Source of the DNA: a bacterium
GTDB taxonomy: Bacteria > Hinthialibacterota > Hinthialibacteria > Hinthialibacterales > Hinthialibacteraceae
Direction of reading: 5' to 3'
NCBI GenBank assembly: GCA_041946805.1
Contig: JBHGBC010000027.1
Span: forward strand, 1 to 50,926
Length of the DNA: 50,926 nucleotides
Positions within the stretch are counted from its first letter, which is position 1, and each line of letters begins with the position of its first letter. The translations under genes and the position numbers were made by a program. Below the pieces are notes generated by a model, which saw only the letters and a program-made list of their open reading frames with translations, had not been told where the DNA came from and made no database searches. This document shows, piece after piece, positions 29,453-39,506 of this stretch.

Positions 29453-30586
29453 TTAGGATACATAAATATTGCGATCCATGGAGGGGATGTAGAGCCTTCC
29501 TCCGGGATCGAACGATGCCCGCCCCTCGATCGCGCGGTCCGCCACGAACAACGGCCGGTCCACGCCGTTCGGTCCCACGGCATGCACGCGCCCCAGGGGA
29601 TCGCCGAGGTAAATCCAGTCCTTTGAATCGCTTACGGCGCCCGCCAGCAAGTACTCGGCGCCGGTCGGACACCGGAACACCCGCTCCCCGTCCGAAGTGA
29701 AGACGTGGATCTCCCCAACCAGATCGGCGATCACCACCGCGCCATCCGCCCGCAGGCATGGCGTGGCCTGGATGTAGCGGGAAAAAGGCCGGTTCCACCG
29801 TGCCGCGCCCGATTGCAGCGAGAACGCGTACAGCACGCTTTCCTTGTCCAGGTTGGTGATGAAATAGACCACTTGACGTTCCGTATCCAACACGGGAGCC
29901 GCGGCGACGGTCATCCGCGAGGGCGGCTTGGTTTTCTTGGACTCGAAATGCAAGACCTCGTCTTTCCCGGTAACCGGATCCGCCCGGGCGAACTGGATCC
30001 CCGCCGGTTCCCATACGGCGCGGACGCAATAGACCCGTTCATCGCTGTCCGCGGCAGCCGCGGCAAAGGGGCTAATGCCCGCGGACCAGGAAGAGATGAT
30101 TTGGCCGTCCTTCGCGTCAAGTGCGTAATATTTCCCGCCCCAGCTGTTCAGTACGATCGCATTCAATTGCGGCAGATACAGGAGGTCGGAAAGGATCCGG
30201 GGATCGGTCTGGCTGGGAATCGACACCCGCCACACGGTCTGTCCGGTAGCCGCCTCCAGCGCGTACAAATAGCCGGTCACGGTGGCCGCGTAGAGCCGGG
30301 TATCGTCCGGGAGGATGACCGGCGTGGCCGCGATTCCCCCCTCCAGGCGGGTCACCCAGGCGGCGGTCCCGTCCGCGCCGTACGCCTGCACGCCTCCGGC
30401 CATGTCGGCGATGTAGGCCGCGCCCCGCGCGTCGAACACCACGGACGCCCGCACGCCGCCCTGCGCCTGGAGCACGCGCGCCGGTGACGCCGCGGTCTCC
30501 GTTTTTCCGCAAAAACATCCCTGGCGGGTGTTGTCTCCCCCACTGGTCCGCCAGACCGTTGGTTGATTTTTATTTTCTGCAGACAT
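29453..30586 (-). CDS. PQQ-binding-like beta-propeller repeat protein
   Basis: Repeated LYALEAATGQTVW / YALDAKDG / LYAFSLQSG..RW blades; N-terminal W...GGDNTRQG. Confidence 0.85.
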   Translation of the reverse strand: MSAENKNQPTVWRTSGGDNTRQGCFCGKTETAASPARVLQAQGGVRASVVFDARGAAYIADMAGGVQAYGADGTAAWVTRLEGGIAATPVILPDDTRLYAATVTGYLYALEAATGQTVWRVSIPSQTDPRILSDLLYLPQLNAIVLNSWGGKYYALDAKDGQIISSWSAGISPFAAAAADSDERVYCVRAVWEPAGIQFARADPVTGKDEVLHFESKKTKPPSRMTVAAAPVLDTERQVVYFITNLDKESVLYAFSLQSGAARWNRPFSRYIQATPCLRADGAVVIADLVGEIHVFTSDGERVFRCPTGAEYLLAGAVSDSKDWIYLGDPLGRVHAVGPNGVDRPLFVADRAIEGRASFDPGGRLYIPSMDRNIYVS

Positions 30587-30588
30587 GA

Positions 30589-31824
30589 TTACGTGTTCAC
30601 CCGCTGGTAAGTTGGGACATACTCGAACCGGGCTTTTTCCAAACCCACCCCGGCAATCTCCAAGGCGGAGATCCGGTTTTCCCCAAGGCCTTTGCGCCGG
30701 GCCATGGCCAGATGGTTGTCACCGTTCGCGAAAGGCGGATGGCGGTCCGGCGCGTCCGGATCAAATCCCATGACCGCCGCCGCCACTGCGTCGGTGCAGA
30801 CCGGGTTGCGCCCCGCGATCAGCACTCCCGGCCGGCAGACCGAGACCAGGGAACCGATCCACCACCCCTCGGCGCTTTGGATGGCGCTGATGCCGTCGAT
30901 CACCACCAGTTGGATGGGAAAGGCGGCATTTAAATCCACAATCAACCGGGGGACGTTGTAGCCATGGTCCTGCTCCACCACTTTCCCGGTAAAACTCTCC
31001 ACCGAAGTCCGCGGTTTTTTGGTGCAGGTGTGCATGGTGCCGCTGCGGTATCCCACGGCGTCTTCCTTCGGCTCGTCTCCGAGGTCATCGCCGTACAGGC
31101 TGCTGGGAGGCACGCCATACAGGTTTTTCATACCCCCGGTCACTCCGGCGGCGACATGGCTTTTCAGCTTCCCCAATGAAACCAACACGTCCGTCTTGAC
31201 ATAGGTTTGGTTGACTTCCCAGCACGAGGCAATTTCTCCCCCCCCGGGCACCTTCACCAGGGCGTATGAATCATACGCGCCCCGGTTGCGGGTATTGACG
31301 AACCGCGCCTTGCCGTCCATCGCCTGGTTGAAATCCTCGAGACGGTATCCATACCCCGCGAACGCCTCTTCTCCCAACGCCGGAAACGGCAACTGATCGC
31401 AATACGTCACCTGTTTCGCGCCGTAATCCGCCAGCAGGCTGCCCAGCGCCATGGCCACGATGGGATGCACGGTGACCGTCAGCCAGAGAGGCAATCCGCC
31501 GAGGTCCTCTTCCGACGTGTTGACCAGGTTGAGTTTCACGGTGAGGAATTGGTTTTTGACCAAGGAGCGCACATCGCCCAGTTCGTCCAGCATCACCGAC
31601 AGGGCGCGCCGGACCTCGGCGTAGTCATAACGCTTGCACAAGCCGATGGAGGTCAGCGCGCGGGGCGCGGGAACCGGGGGGGACTGCCGGGGCGCGGCCA
31701 GAATCGGAGACACGGCGGGCAGGGCGGCCGCGGACGCCACCATACTTTTCAAGAACTCGCGCCGGGACCAGCCATATCCCGGGCAGACCGGCGGTTTTTG
31801 TGATCGTTCGGGATGGTTATTCAT
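30589..31824 (-). CDS. DUF362 domain protein with Tat signal
   Basis: SRREFLK twin-arginine; VKLNLV, KLKSH..AGVTGGMKNLYG, VIDGI, PVCTDAVAAAVMGFDP. Confidence 0.85.
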   Translation of the reverse strand: MNNHPERSQKPPVCPGYGWSRREFLKSMVASAAALPAVSPILAAPRQSPPVPAPRALTSIGLCKRYDYAEVRRALSVMLDELGDVRSLVKNQFLTVKLNLVNTSEEDLGGLPLWLTVTVHPIVAMALGSLLADYGAKQVTYCDQLPFPALGEEAFAGYGYRLEDFNQAMDGKARFVNTRNRGAYDSYALVKVPGGGEIASCWEVNQTYVKTDVLVSLGKLKSHVAAGVTGGMKNLYGVPPSSLYGDDLGDEPKEDAVGYRSGTMHTCTKKPRTSVESFTGKVVEQDHGYNVPRLIVDLNAAFPIQLVVIDGISAIQSAEGWWIGSLVSVCRPGVLIAGRNPVCTDAVAAAVMGFDPDAPDRHPPFANGDNHLAMARRKGLGENRISALEIAGVGLEKARFEYVPTYQRVNT

Positions 31825-32032
31825 GGTTCACACCCATCCTTTATCCAGAATCGGATCTTAAAGAGCGGATCCGCGTCTGTAGTATCGCATAATCCGCAAG
31901 GTCCAGGCAAGCATGATCTGCGAGAGGGCTTGCCGATCCGGCATTGGAGGAAGTATGGTTTTGAGGGAGGGAGAGGAATGGGGAAATTGAGATGGATGTC
32001 TCGATAGGCAACGCGCGTTGCGTTAATCCATC

Positions 32033-33106
32033 CTACTTCGCGTCCGGCTTCTCTTCCTTCACCACTTCGAATTTCACCGGGTCGAACAGGCGCGTGACCT
32101 TGATTTTCTGGCTCGCTTCTTCCAGCCATTGTACAAACCGTTCAGTCTTCTTCTTTTGCACCAGGATCTCACGGACGAAATTCCGCGCTTCCTCGAGCGA
32201 TTGCTCATGGTCCGTGGCCCAGATGATGTGGTAACCGTAATCCGTTTCCACCACGCCGCTGACCTCGCCTTCCTTCAACGCGAAGGCCGCTTGTTTGAAG
32301 GGTTCATTGAGGCCCGGGCCTTCGCGGTCGAAGAAACCCAGGTCGCCCCCCCGCGGCGCGGTCCCCTTGTCGTCCGAATAGCGCTGGGCCAAGCCGACGA
32401 AGGTCTTGGACGGCTCGGGCCCCACCATTTTCAGCAGTTCCTCCGCCCGCAGCCGCGCCTTTTGCCGTTTTTCCGCGCCTTCCTCCACTTTGCAGGCGGC
32501 AAAAATATGGCTGGCCCGCATCACCTGGGGATACCGGAACGAGGCATGGTTCTGGTAATAAAACTCCTTGATTTCGTCATCCGTAATGACAAAATCGCCG
32601 CCGCTGAATTTTTGATTCTTCAGCTCCTCGATCCGCAACCGGTCGCGGATGCTGTCCTTCAGATGCTCTTCGGTCAGATTCAGCGAGGTCATGAAGCGTT
32701 GATACTGCCCGTCCCGCTGCAGGTTTTCCTTGAATTGCTTGAAATCCGCCTCCACCTGCTCCGCGGACGGTTCAGGAATCTCCTGCTCGGCCGAGTATTT
32801 CAACACGTAAATGTCGATCACCGACTTATAGAGGTTGGGGGCGATCTTTTTGTAATAGGCTTGCCCTTCCGGCGTATCGAATTTCAGGCCCGCCTGCCCC
32901 AGCGCCACGCGGCCCATGATTTCCATCTCGCGCAGGTACACGGGCTGCCCGGCGATGACGGCGATCACCGGCTCGGAGGGCGGTTTCGCGCAACCGGATA
33001 CCCATCCCATCCCCAGGACGGCGGCCGCCAATCCCAAGCTCCAAGCCACATGGTTCCAGCCAAACCGGACCTGCGGGAAGACCTTGGCAAATCGAGATTT
33101 ATTCAT
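32033..33106 (-). CDS. Parvulin-type peptidyl-prolyl isomerase (PrsA/SurA-like), probable lipoprotein
   Basis: WVSGC lipobox-like; RASHIF, LAQRYSDD, GGDLGFF, EPFKQAAFALK.GEVS.VVET.YGYHII. Confidence 0.92.
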   Translation of the reverse strand: MNKSRFAKVFPQVRFGWNHVAWSLGLAAAVLGMGWVSGCAKPPSEPVIAVIAGQPVYLREMEIMGRVALGQAGLKFDTPEGQAYYKKIAPNLYKSVIDIYVLKYSAEQEIPEPSAEQVEADFKQFKENLQRDGQYQRFMTSLNLTEEHLKDSIRDRLRIEELKNQKFSGGDFVITDDEIKEFYYQNHASFRYPQVMRASHIFAACKVEEGAEKRQKARLRAEELLKMVGPEPSKTFVGLAQRYSDDKGTAPRGGDLGFFDREGPGLNEPFKQAAFALKEGEVSGVVETDYGYHIIWATDHEQSLEEARNFVREILVQKKKTERFVQWLEEASQKIKVTRLFDPVKFEVVKEEKPDAK

Positions 33107-33256
33107 AGGATATCCTGTAACCGCCGGGACGCGCTCCATCGGCGCGCGGTCCCGGTTGATGCGGGATCGAGAAACAGGGAGGCCCCGCGTTCGGGACGGC
33201 CCCATCCCCGCCGCTGGTTGGCATTATAGAGGCGGATGAACGCGAAGCGAACGTGA

Positions 33257-33970
33257 ATGAAAACCGGCATCATCGTTTTTTTGCCCACCTATAACGAAAA
33301 AGAGAATCTGCCCCTGGTCACCGAACGCCTCTTCGCCCTGGGATTGGACCTCTCCATTCTCGTCGTGGACGATTCCTCCCCCGATGGCACCGGCGAAGCC
33401 GGCGACCGGCTGGCCGCGGAGCATCCGGACCGTTTCCGGATCATTCACCGCGAGGGGCCGCGCGGACGGGGTTGGGCCGGCATCGTGGGTTTGCGCGAGG
33501 CGTCCCGTGCCGAGTGCCAACTCGTTGTGGAGATGGACGCCGACCTATCGCACGATCCCGCCGAACTCCCCCGCCTGATAGAAGCGGCTCGCCATGCGGA
33601 CCTGGTCATCGGCTCGCGGTACATGGAGGGCGGCTCGGCGGAAAACTTCGGCTGGTTCCGCAACCTGAACAGCAAAACCGCCCGTTTTCTCAGCGTATTG
33701 ATCCTGGGCTTGCGGTATACCGATCCCACCTCCGGTTACCGGGTGTACCGGCGGGAAATCCTGGCCGATTTGCCCTGGGACCGCATGATCTCCCCCGGCC
33801 CCTCCATCGTCGAGGAGACTTTGTACCACATCCAGCGCCGGGGAGCACGGATCGTCGAAGTGCCCATAAGCTACAAGGACCGCCGCCACGGCCAGACCAA
33901 AATCACTCCGGGAATCATCCTGCGATGGATACTCACGCTCCTGAAGATCCGCTCGGCGGCGAAACTTTGA
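33257..33970 (+). CDS. GT2 polyprenol monophosphomannose synthase-like glycosyltransferase
   Basis: PTYNEKENL, VVDDSSPDGT, EMDADLSHDP, VIGSRY, DPTSGYR, EVPI. Confidence 0.92.
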   Translation: MKTGIIVFLPTYNEKENLPLVTERLFALGLDLSILVVDDSSPDGTGEAGDRLAAEHPDRFRIIHREGPRGRGWAGIVGLREASRAECQLVVEMDADLSHDPAELPRLIEAARHADLVIGSRYMEGGSAENFGWFRNLNSKTARFLSVLILGLRYTDPTSGYRVYRREILADLPWDRMISPGPSIVEETLYHIQRRGARIVEVPISYKDRRHGQTKITPGIILRWILTLLKIRSAAKL

Positions 33971-35454
33971 ATTTCCCCGCTGGACACCCCTGGCGCCACC
34001 CCGTCCGCTGGCTGTATGGATTGGTATTGGGCGGATGCGCCCTCTACGCGCTCTTGTTCCTCTACCACGGACTGTGCCTGGTGATTTATCCCTTCGATGC
34101 CGATAACAGCGAAGCGTATCTGGTCTATCAAGGCCAACGCCTTACCGAAGGATCCTTTCTCTATAAGCCCTTGAATCAGGAACCGTACCTGGTCGACAAC
34201 TACCCGCCGCTGTATCCCTTGTTGTTGGCTTTGGGATATACGTTCACCGGCCCCAATTTCCACTGGCCGCGCGCCTTGTCCCTTTCGGCAACGGTTTTGA
34301 CCGCGATGTTGATCGGATTTTGGACGTACCACCGAACCCGGAATCAAACCGTCTCATTTCTGGCCGGAATGCTTTATCTTTCGTTCTACCATGTGTACGA
34401 CTGGGGCGCGTTGGCGCGGGTGGACGCGGTGGGCGTGGCGCTTGCCCTCAGCGGTCTGATGTTGTTCGAAGTCCACCGGTCCTGGAAAGCCGCCCTACCG
34501 TTCTTCCTGCTCGCCTTGTTCACCCGGCAGACGCTCTACGCGGCGCCCCTGGCCGTCGCCTGCACACTGGCCGGATCCTCCAACCGCAAAACTGCCGTGG
34601 CCTTCCTGGGCGGACTGACGGCAGGCACGGCGGCGCTGTATCTCGTGCTGCTTCTGCTTTCGTCTGGTGAAGCCTGGAACCACCTGGTTCTTTACAACGC
34701 CAACGAATTCCGGTGGAGCGACGTGTGGGTGTACCTGCGGCAGTGGCTGTTTCTCTATACGGTCTGGGGATGCGCGCCGCTGGTGATTCTTATGTCCGAA
34801 TACCCCGGGCAGACACGCCCAGGCGCACCCCGCTCTCCCGTGCTCTTCTGGTACACGCTGTTCGCCCTGGGCGAGGCGGTTTTGTGCGGAAAAATCGGTT
34901 CCGCCCCCAATTATCTTCTGTCCCTGGTGGCGGCCGCCGCGGTGGGGATGGGCACGCTCTTATACCAGGCGCAAACCGAAGGACACCGTCAGGCAGGCGA
35001 ACAATCCTTCGCCTATCCCATGTCATACGTGTTTCTGTTGGCTGCCTTTGTGCTGCAGATCGGGGCCACGTGGCATTGGCCGCACCGGATGGATTTCAGC
35101 TACACCCCCACCCGCGCCGACGCCCAGGCAGGCCGAATGCTCCAAAACGAACTCAGGCGGACCCCCGGGCCGATACTCTCCGACCGCGCGGGCGTGGCCC
35201 TGATGGCCGGCCACCCTCCCGTGTTCGAGCCGTTCATCGGCACGCAACTGGTCCGGCAGGGATTGTGGGACCAATCCCCGCTCCTGGCCCGCATCGCGGC
35301 CCGCGCGTTTCCGAAGGTGATCCTCCAATTCAACCTGGAGGACGACAACTGGGACCGCGAGCGTTTCACGCCCGAACTTATCGCCGCGCTGCGCGAACAC
35401 TATACCCGCACCCGCACCCTTGGTCCGTACCGGATCTATGAACCAAAGAAGTGA
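33967..35454 (+). CDS. Polytopic membrane protein, GT-C-like (PMT/ArnT-like) glycosyltransferase
   Basis: TTG start overlaps the GT2 stop; YPFDADNSE, NYPPLYP, ARVD, FTRQT, GSAPNY. Confidence 0.7.
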   Translation: MNFPAGHPWRHPVRWLYGLVLGGCALYALLFLYHGLCLVIYPFDADNSEAYLVYQGQRLTEGSFLYKPLNQEPYLVDNYPPLYPLLLALGYTFTGPNFHWPRALSLSATVLTAMLIGFWTYHRTRNQTVSFLAGMLYLSFYHVYDWGALARVDAVGVALALSGLMLFEVHRSWKAALPFFLLALFTRQTLYAAPLAVACTLAGSSNRKTAVAFLGGLTAGTAALYLVLLLLSSGEAWNHLVLYNANEFRWSDVWVYLRQWLFLYTVWGCAPLVILMSEYPGQTRPGAPRSPVLFWYTLFALGEAVLCGKIGSAPNYLLSLVAAAAVGMGTLLYQAQTEGHRQAGEQSFAYPMSYVFLLAAFVLQIGATWHWPHRMDFSYTPTRADAQAGRMLQNELRRTPGPILSDRAGVALMAGHPPVFEPFIGTQLVRQGLWDQSPLLARIAARAFPKVILQFNLEDDNWDRERFTPELIAALREHYTRTRTLGPYRIYEPKK

Positions 35455-35605
35455 GATGAGTAGTCGGAGGACAACGTCATTGAGGTAAAGATAAGACAGT
35501 ATTGCCTTCCCAACCCTTGGAGAGACATGAGTTGTCGATGCACTTGATGCGAAGCTGGGTTCATCCGAGAAGTGCGTACACAATGAGGTAAAATCGATTT
35601 CATTC

Positions 35606-35687
35606 ACTCCGGGATGAGGGCGGACACCAAGGTGCACCCCTGCAAAAATCCCTCACCCTAGCCCTCTCCCAGAGGGAGAGGGAATTT
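35606..35687 (+). repeat. Composite repeat (REP-like palindrome + BoxC copy at 35650-35682)
   Basis: ACTCCGGGATGAGGGCGGACACCAAGGTGCACCCCTGCAAAAATCCCTCACCCTAGCCCTCTCCCAGAGGGAGAGGG. Confidence 0.85.
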
Positions 35688-35830
35688 TGGGGGTGGTTTT
35701 CATCGATCACTTCGAATAGATGCGAACCGGCGATCTAAAAAAAAGTACGCACTTGTCGGATGAGCCCGAAGCTTTCCCTCACCCAGGGGGCTTATCTTTA
35801 CCCATAAATACAGATGATGAAGTAGATAAA

Positions 35831-36008
35831 ATCCCCGAAGGGGATAGAGGTGAATAGCCGTAGGCGACAGCCTACGGTTTCGTGAGGAAAAACCCCAACC
35901 CGGCAAGGTTTGAACGCAACATCATTCAACCCCTTTAGGGTTGTTCTTCTATTTTACGCTACCGGGGGTTGTCACCCCCGGCTATTCATTTGGGACCCAG
36001 CGGGTCCC
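35831..36008. mobile_element. REPIN/MITE-like nested inverted-repeat element
   Basis: Six small hairpins arranged symmetrically; TGAATAGCCG (35851-35860) pairs with CGGCTATTCA (35979-35988); no ORF. Confidence 0.6.
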
Positions 36009-36021
36009 CACGGCTCCTCCG

Positions 36022-36046
36022 GGATCCCCGCTTTCGCGGGGATGAC
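36022..36046 (-). repeat. GTCATCCCCGCGAAAGCGGGGATCC-type REP
   Basis: GGATCCCCGCTTTCGCGGGGATGAC; second copy in opposite orientation at 43497-43522. Confidence 0.8.
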
Positions 36047-36245
36047 ATCCTTATAAGACTTTTGGGTAAAAATCAGCCCAGAGTGGAAGGGAGAATGATG
36101 GTTCTGCTATCGGTTGATAGTCAAGGGTGCGTACTGATTCCGCGTTTTACATATCCTCAATTCCCGGTTGAACCTATGTTTTTCCCCAAAAAACCATTAC
36201 AACTACATCCAGATAGACACAAAAACATCGAGGAACATAGAAACC

Positions 36246-37280
36246 ATGGAAGAACGCGGTTCCCAACTCCGGCGGGACGCCCATCACGGCGGCTGGGTTT
36301 TGCACGCCTTCCAGCCGGAACGCGAACAACTGCTGGCCATTCCCCGCGACGAATGGATGAACCACACGCCCAATGCGCTGGCCGATCCCGAAGGCGCGGG
36401 CGCGCATGTCCTGTGGCGCAAAACCGCCGCCCTGCCCGACGGGCGCGATCACACCGTCCAGGTGATCGCCAACCGTTTCGCCCTCTACCGGGTGGAGGGC
36501 AACGAGGACCGCGAGGGCGTGGGCCTGTACGACCTGATGCGCGGCGTCGGGGCGCATGAAATCATCATCGAAAGCCCGAATCCCAACGACACGTTGATTT
36601 CCATGACTCCCTATCAGTACGCCCTCGCCATCCAGGCCATGCAGGAACGCATCCTCGACCTGCGGCGCGATCTCCGGCTGCGCAGCTTCGCCGTGTTCCG
36701 GGAATGGCCGTGTGGGAACACCACCGCCATCCATCCCCATTCGCAACTGATCGCCAACGCCACCATCCCCCTCGGCCTCAAAAACGAGCTGGACGCCGCC
36801 CGCGGGTATTTCGGCTACAAGGACCGCTGCCTGTTCTGCGACATGATCCGGCAGGAACTGAAAGACAAGGACCGCCTCGTCATGGTGGCGGACGATTACG
36901 TGACCTTCTGCCCCTTCGCCTCCCGGTATCCCTTCGAAGTGCATCTCTTCCCGCGCCTCCACGCGTGCGATTTCGGCCAGGAACCGGGAGACCGCCTGCC
37001 CGCCCTGGCCTCCGCCATCCGCGACACGGCCTTGCGCCTGGAAGAGTCCATCCCCGGCTGGCGCGTGCTGATGACGCTGCACACTTCACCGGTCTTCGGC
37101 CGTCACAAGATCCAGCCGTTGACCATCACCCATGATTACCACTGGCACATCGAGTTCATGCCCATGCCCCCCGGATATATCGATTGGTACACGCGGACCG
37201 GAACCCATGTGGAGTACACGGCGCCCGAAAACGCGGCGGCCTATATGCGCGGCCTCTCCGTGCCCTCGCACTGGACCTAA
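36246..37280 (+). CDS. galT: GalT-family (HIT superfamily) nucleotidyltransferase
   Basis: LRRD...GWV, GAHEIIIESP, catalytic HPHSQ, CLFCD, PFASRYPFE, DYHWHIE, PE.AA. Confidence 0.8.
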   Translation: MEERGSQLRRDAHHGGWVLHAFQPEREQLLAIPRDEWMNHTPNALADPEGAGAHVLWRKTAALPDGRDHTVQVIANRFALYRVEGNEDREGVGLYDLMRGVGAHEIIIESPNPNDTLISMTPYQYALAIQAMQERILDLRRDLRLRSFAVFREWPCGNTTAIHPHSQLIANATIPLGLKNELDAARGYFGYKDRCLFCDMIRQELKDKDRLVMVADDYVTFCPFASRYPFEVHLFPRLHACDFGQEPGDRLPALASAIRDTALRLEESIPGWRVLMTLHTSPVFGRHKIQPLTITHDYHWHIEFMPMPPGYIDWYTRTGTHVEYTAPENAAAYMRGLSVPSHWT

Positions 37281-37342
37281 ACGCCCGGCCGGAATCACGG
37301 ACTCCGGGCAACGCCTGCACCGGGAGGGATGACACAACCTCC

Positions 37343-38332
37343 ATGAAACCACTTCTCCGTTCCAGCCTCGGCGTTCTTCTCCTCACCGCGGCGATCTTCG
37401 GCCTGCGGTATGGATTGCCCGATTGGCTCAACGAGTATTTCGTGGGCGCGGACGGATGGTACATGGCTCAACTGGTCGAGACCCATTCCTTCCCGCTGTA
37501 TTACCGCTCCCTGCTGACGATCCTGATCCACAAGGCCGTCTTTTCCCTGGCTCACCCCTGCGGCCTGGACGGCTGGTACGCCATTACATTGAGCAGTTCG
37601 CTGGCGGGGGCCATCGCCATCCTCGCGCTCTGGCGGATCCGGCCGGACGGCTGGTTTTTGGCCATCAATGTGTTGTCGGGATCGTTCATCGTGCTGTTGG
37701 GCCATGTGGAAAACTACGCCTGGGTGAACGCATTCCTGATTCTCAGTTTCGATCGGACGCAAGCCTGGCTTGAACGGGAGGCCCCGCTGTGGCCCGCGAT
37801 GATGTGTTTCATGCTGGCCTGCCTGTCCCACCTGCTCGCCCTGTTTTACATTCCGGCGTTTGCCTATTTACTCTACGCGAATCGAAATTACCATCCTCTC
37901 GAAACACTGCTGCCGGTGATCGCCTTCACCGGCGTGATGATCGTGCTTTCCTTTTTTTCCCCCATGCTGGGGACGGATACCGGCTGGGAGCGGATCGTGC
38001 CGTTGTTTCGAGTCTGGGCGAAGAACCAGCATTTCACCTTTTTCTCGCCGGACCACTGGATCCTGCTGATGTACTTCCATTTCCGGGCCGCCTTCTTGGG
38101 GTTTCCCCTCGAACTGCCCCTGCTGCTTCTATTGCGGAAGCGGATCCAAACCGTATACTTGAAATTTCTGTTGGGATGCGTGTTCTGCGGATTGGCGTGG
38201 ACCACGATCTGGCATCCCGACTGGGGCCGCCTGGATTGGGATCTGTTCAGCCAGTGCGGGATTCCCCTCCACGTCCTGCTGGGACTCTTGATTCGACCGC
38301 CATGGCCGGTTTGCAAGGGAAACGCGTCGTAA
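37343..38332 (+). CDS. Polytopic membrane protein, possibly GT-C-like
   Basis: About 9 TM segments; GADGWY, GHVENY, PDWG.LDWDLFS. Confidence 0.6.
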   Translation: MKPLLRSSLGVLLLTAAIFGLRYGLPDWLNEYFVGADGWYMAQLVETHSFPLYYRSLLTILIHKAVFSLAHPCGLDGWYAITLSSSLAGAIAILALWRIRPDGWFLAINVLSGSFIVLLGHVENYAWVNAFLILSFDRTQAWLEREAPLWPAMMCFMLACLSHLLALFYIPAFAYLLYANRNYHPLETLLPVIAFTGVMIVLSFFSPMLGTDTGWERIVPLFRVWAKNQHFTFFSPDHWILLMYFHFRAAFLGFPLELPLLLLLRKRIQTVYLKFLLGCVFCGLAWTTIWHPDWGRLDWDLFSQCGIPLHVLLGLLIRPPWPVCKGNAS

Positions 38333-39072
38333 TCACCCGGAGCCGGGAAGACTGGGACGAGACCGCCGCGGCGGTCCGCCGGCGGGGCGGCCTGCCCATT
38401 TCCTGCCCCATGATCGACATCCTCCCCCCTGAAGATCCCACCCCCCTGGACAGCGCGCTCCGGCACATGGAATCATTTGATTGGATTTTCTTCACCAGCG
38501 TTCACAGCGTGCGGTTTTTCTTCGGGCGCGCGGAAATGTTGGGGCTTACTGATGTACCCCCGGTCCAGGTCCGCCTCGCCGTGATCGGCCCCGCCACCGC
38601 CGCCGAACTGGCCCGCCATCACCTGCATCCCCACTTCACCGCCGACCGGTTCACCGGCGCCGATTTCGTGGAGGAATTCCGCCGGACGCAAACCGTCACG
38701 GGAAAACGGTTCCTGTTGCCGCTTTCGAGCATCGCCCGCGCCACGATCGTCGAGGCCCTGCGGGAGGCCGGCGGCGAGGTGACCGCCGTCACCGCCTATC
38801 GCAACGCGCCGGTAACCAGCCTGCCGGAAGAGATCGTGACGCGGCTGCAACACAACGAAATCGACTGGATCCTCTTCACCAGTTCCTCCACCGCCCGCCA
38901 CTTCCTGGAAGCGCTGATACTCCATGCCGCAATTCCCCACTCCTTCCACACGGCTTCCATCGGCCCCTTGACCAGCGAAACCCTGCGCGAATACGGTTGT
39001 CCTCCCGATGTGGAAGCTCCGGTTCACACCCTCGAAGGATTATTGGACGCGGTGGAGGGATGTACATCCTGA
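38302..39072 (+). CDS. hemD: Uroporphyrinogen-III synthase
   Basis: LQGKRVVITR, FDWIFFTS, AVIGPATA, AYRN, FTSSST, SIGP.TSETL. Confidence 0.93.
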   Translation: MAGLQGKRVVITRSREDWDETAAAVRRRGGLPISCPMIDILPPEDPTPLDSALRHMESFDWIFFTSVHSVRFFFGRAEMLGLTDVPPVQVRLAVIGPATAAELARHHLHPHFTADRFTGADFVEEFRRTQTVTGKRFLLPLSSIARATIVEALREAGGEVTAVTAYRNAPVTSLPEEIVTRLQHNEIDWILFTSSSTARHFLEALILHAAIPHSFHTASIGPLTSETLREYGCPPDVEAPVHTLEGLLDAVEGCTS

Positions 39073-39092
39073 TGGCAAATCAATCATTCCAT

Positions 39093-39506
39093 TCAAGCAG
39101 GATGTTTCGGATCCTCTGTTTTGGCCATGCGGGGATCAAAGATCCGGACAATCACAAAAGCGAGCAAGGCAAACACAAAGAAGACAAGCAGCATGATGGT
39201 AACGCTGCTCAGAGTTCCGATAATCGTTTCATAAATCTCCAACATCCAACGGTCCGAAGTGAGCGGTACGATTTCCTTGTACGGATCCTGCAGAGTCATG
39301 TATTTCTCGAGGGCATACACCCGCACTCCTCCGCCGATGCCAACTACATAGATGGCAAACCGGAGATAGCGGTTCCAGGCGTAACTGATATCCGGGGGAA
39401 TCACATGATTCAATATGCTAGTGATGGGCTTGTTGAAAATCAGAACAATCAAGGTCGCTACCGCAAAGGCGATCACGAAGGTTGAGACGAGCAGCATCAT
39501 AGCCAT
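39093..39506 (-). CDS. Small hypothetical membrane protein (3 TM)
   Basis: Three hydrophobic segments; AWNRYLRFAIYVVGIGGGVR; GAGGGAG RBS upstream. Confidence 0.7.
   Translation of the reverse strand: MAMMLLVSTFVIAFAVATLIVLIFNKPITSILNHVIPPDISYAWNRYLRFAIYVVGIGGGVRVYALEKYMTLQDPYKEIVPLTSDRWMLEIYETIIGTLSSVTIMLLVFFVFALLAFVIVRIFDPRMAKTEDPKHPA

Noticed and set aside
33472..33966. Apparent long overlap or frameshift fusion of GT2 with the next gene
   Set aside because: GT2 is complete, and a TTG at 33967 overlapping its stop explains the second gene
37789..38301. N-terminal extension of HemD
   Set aside because: Out-of-frame overlap with the membrane gene; HemD homology starts at ATG 38302
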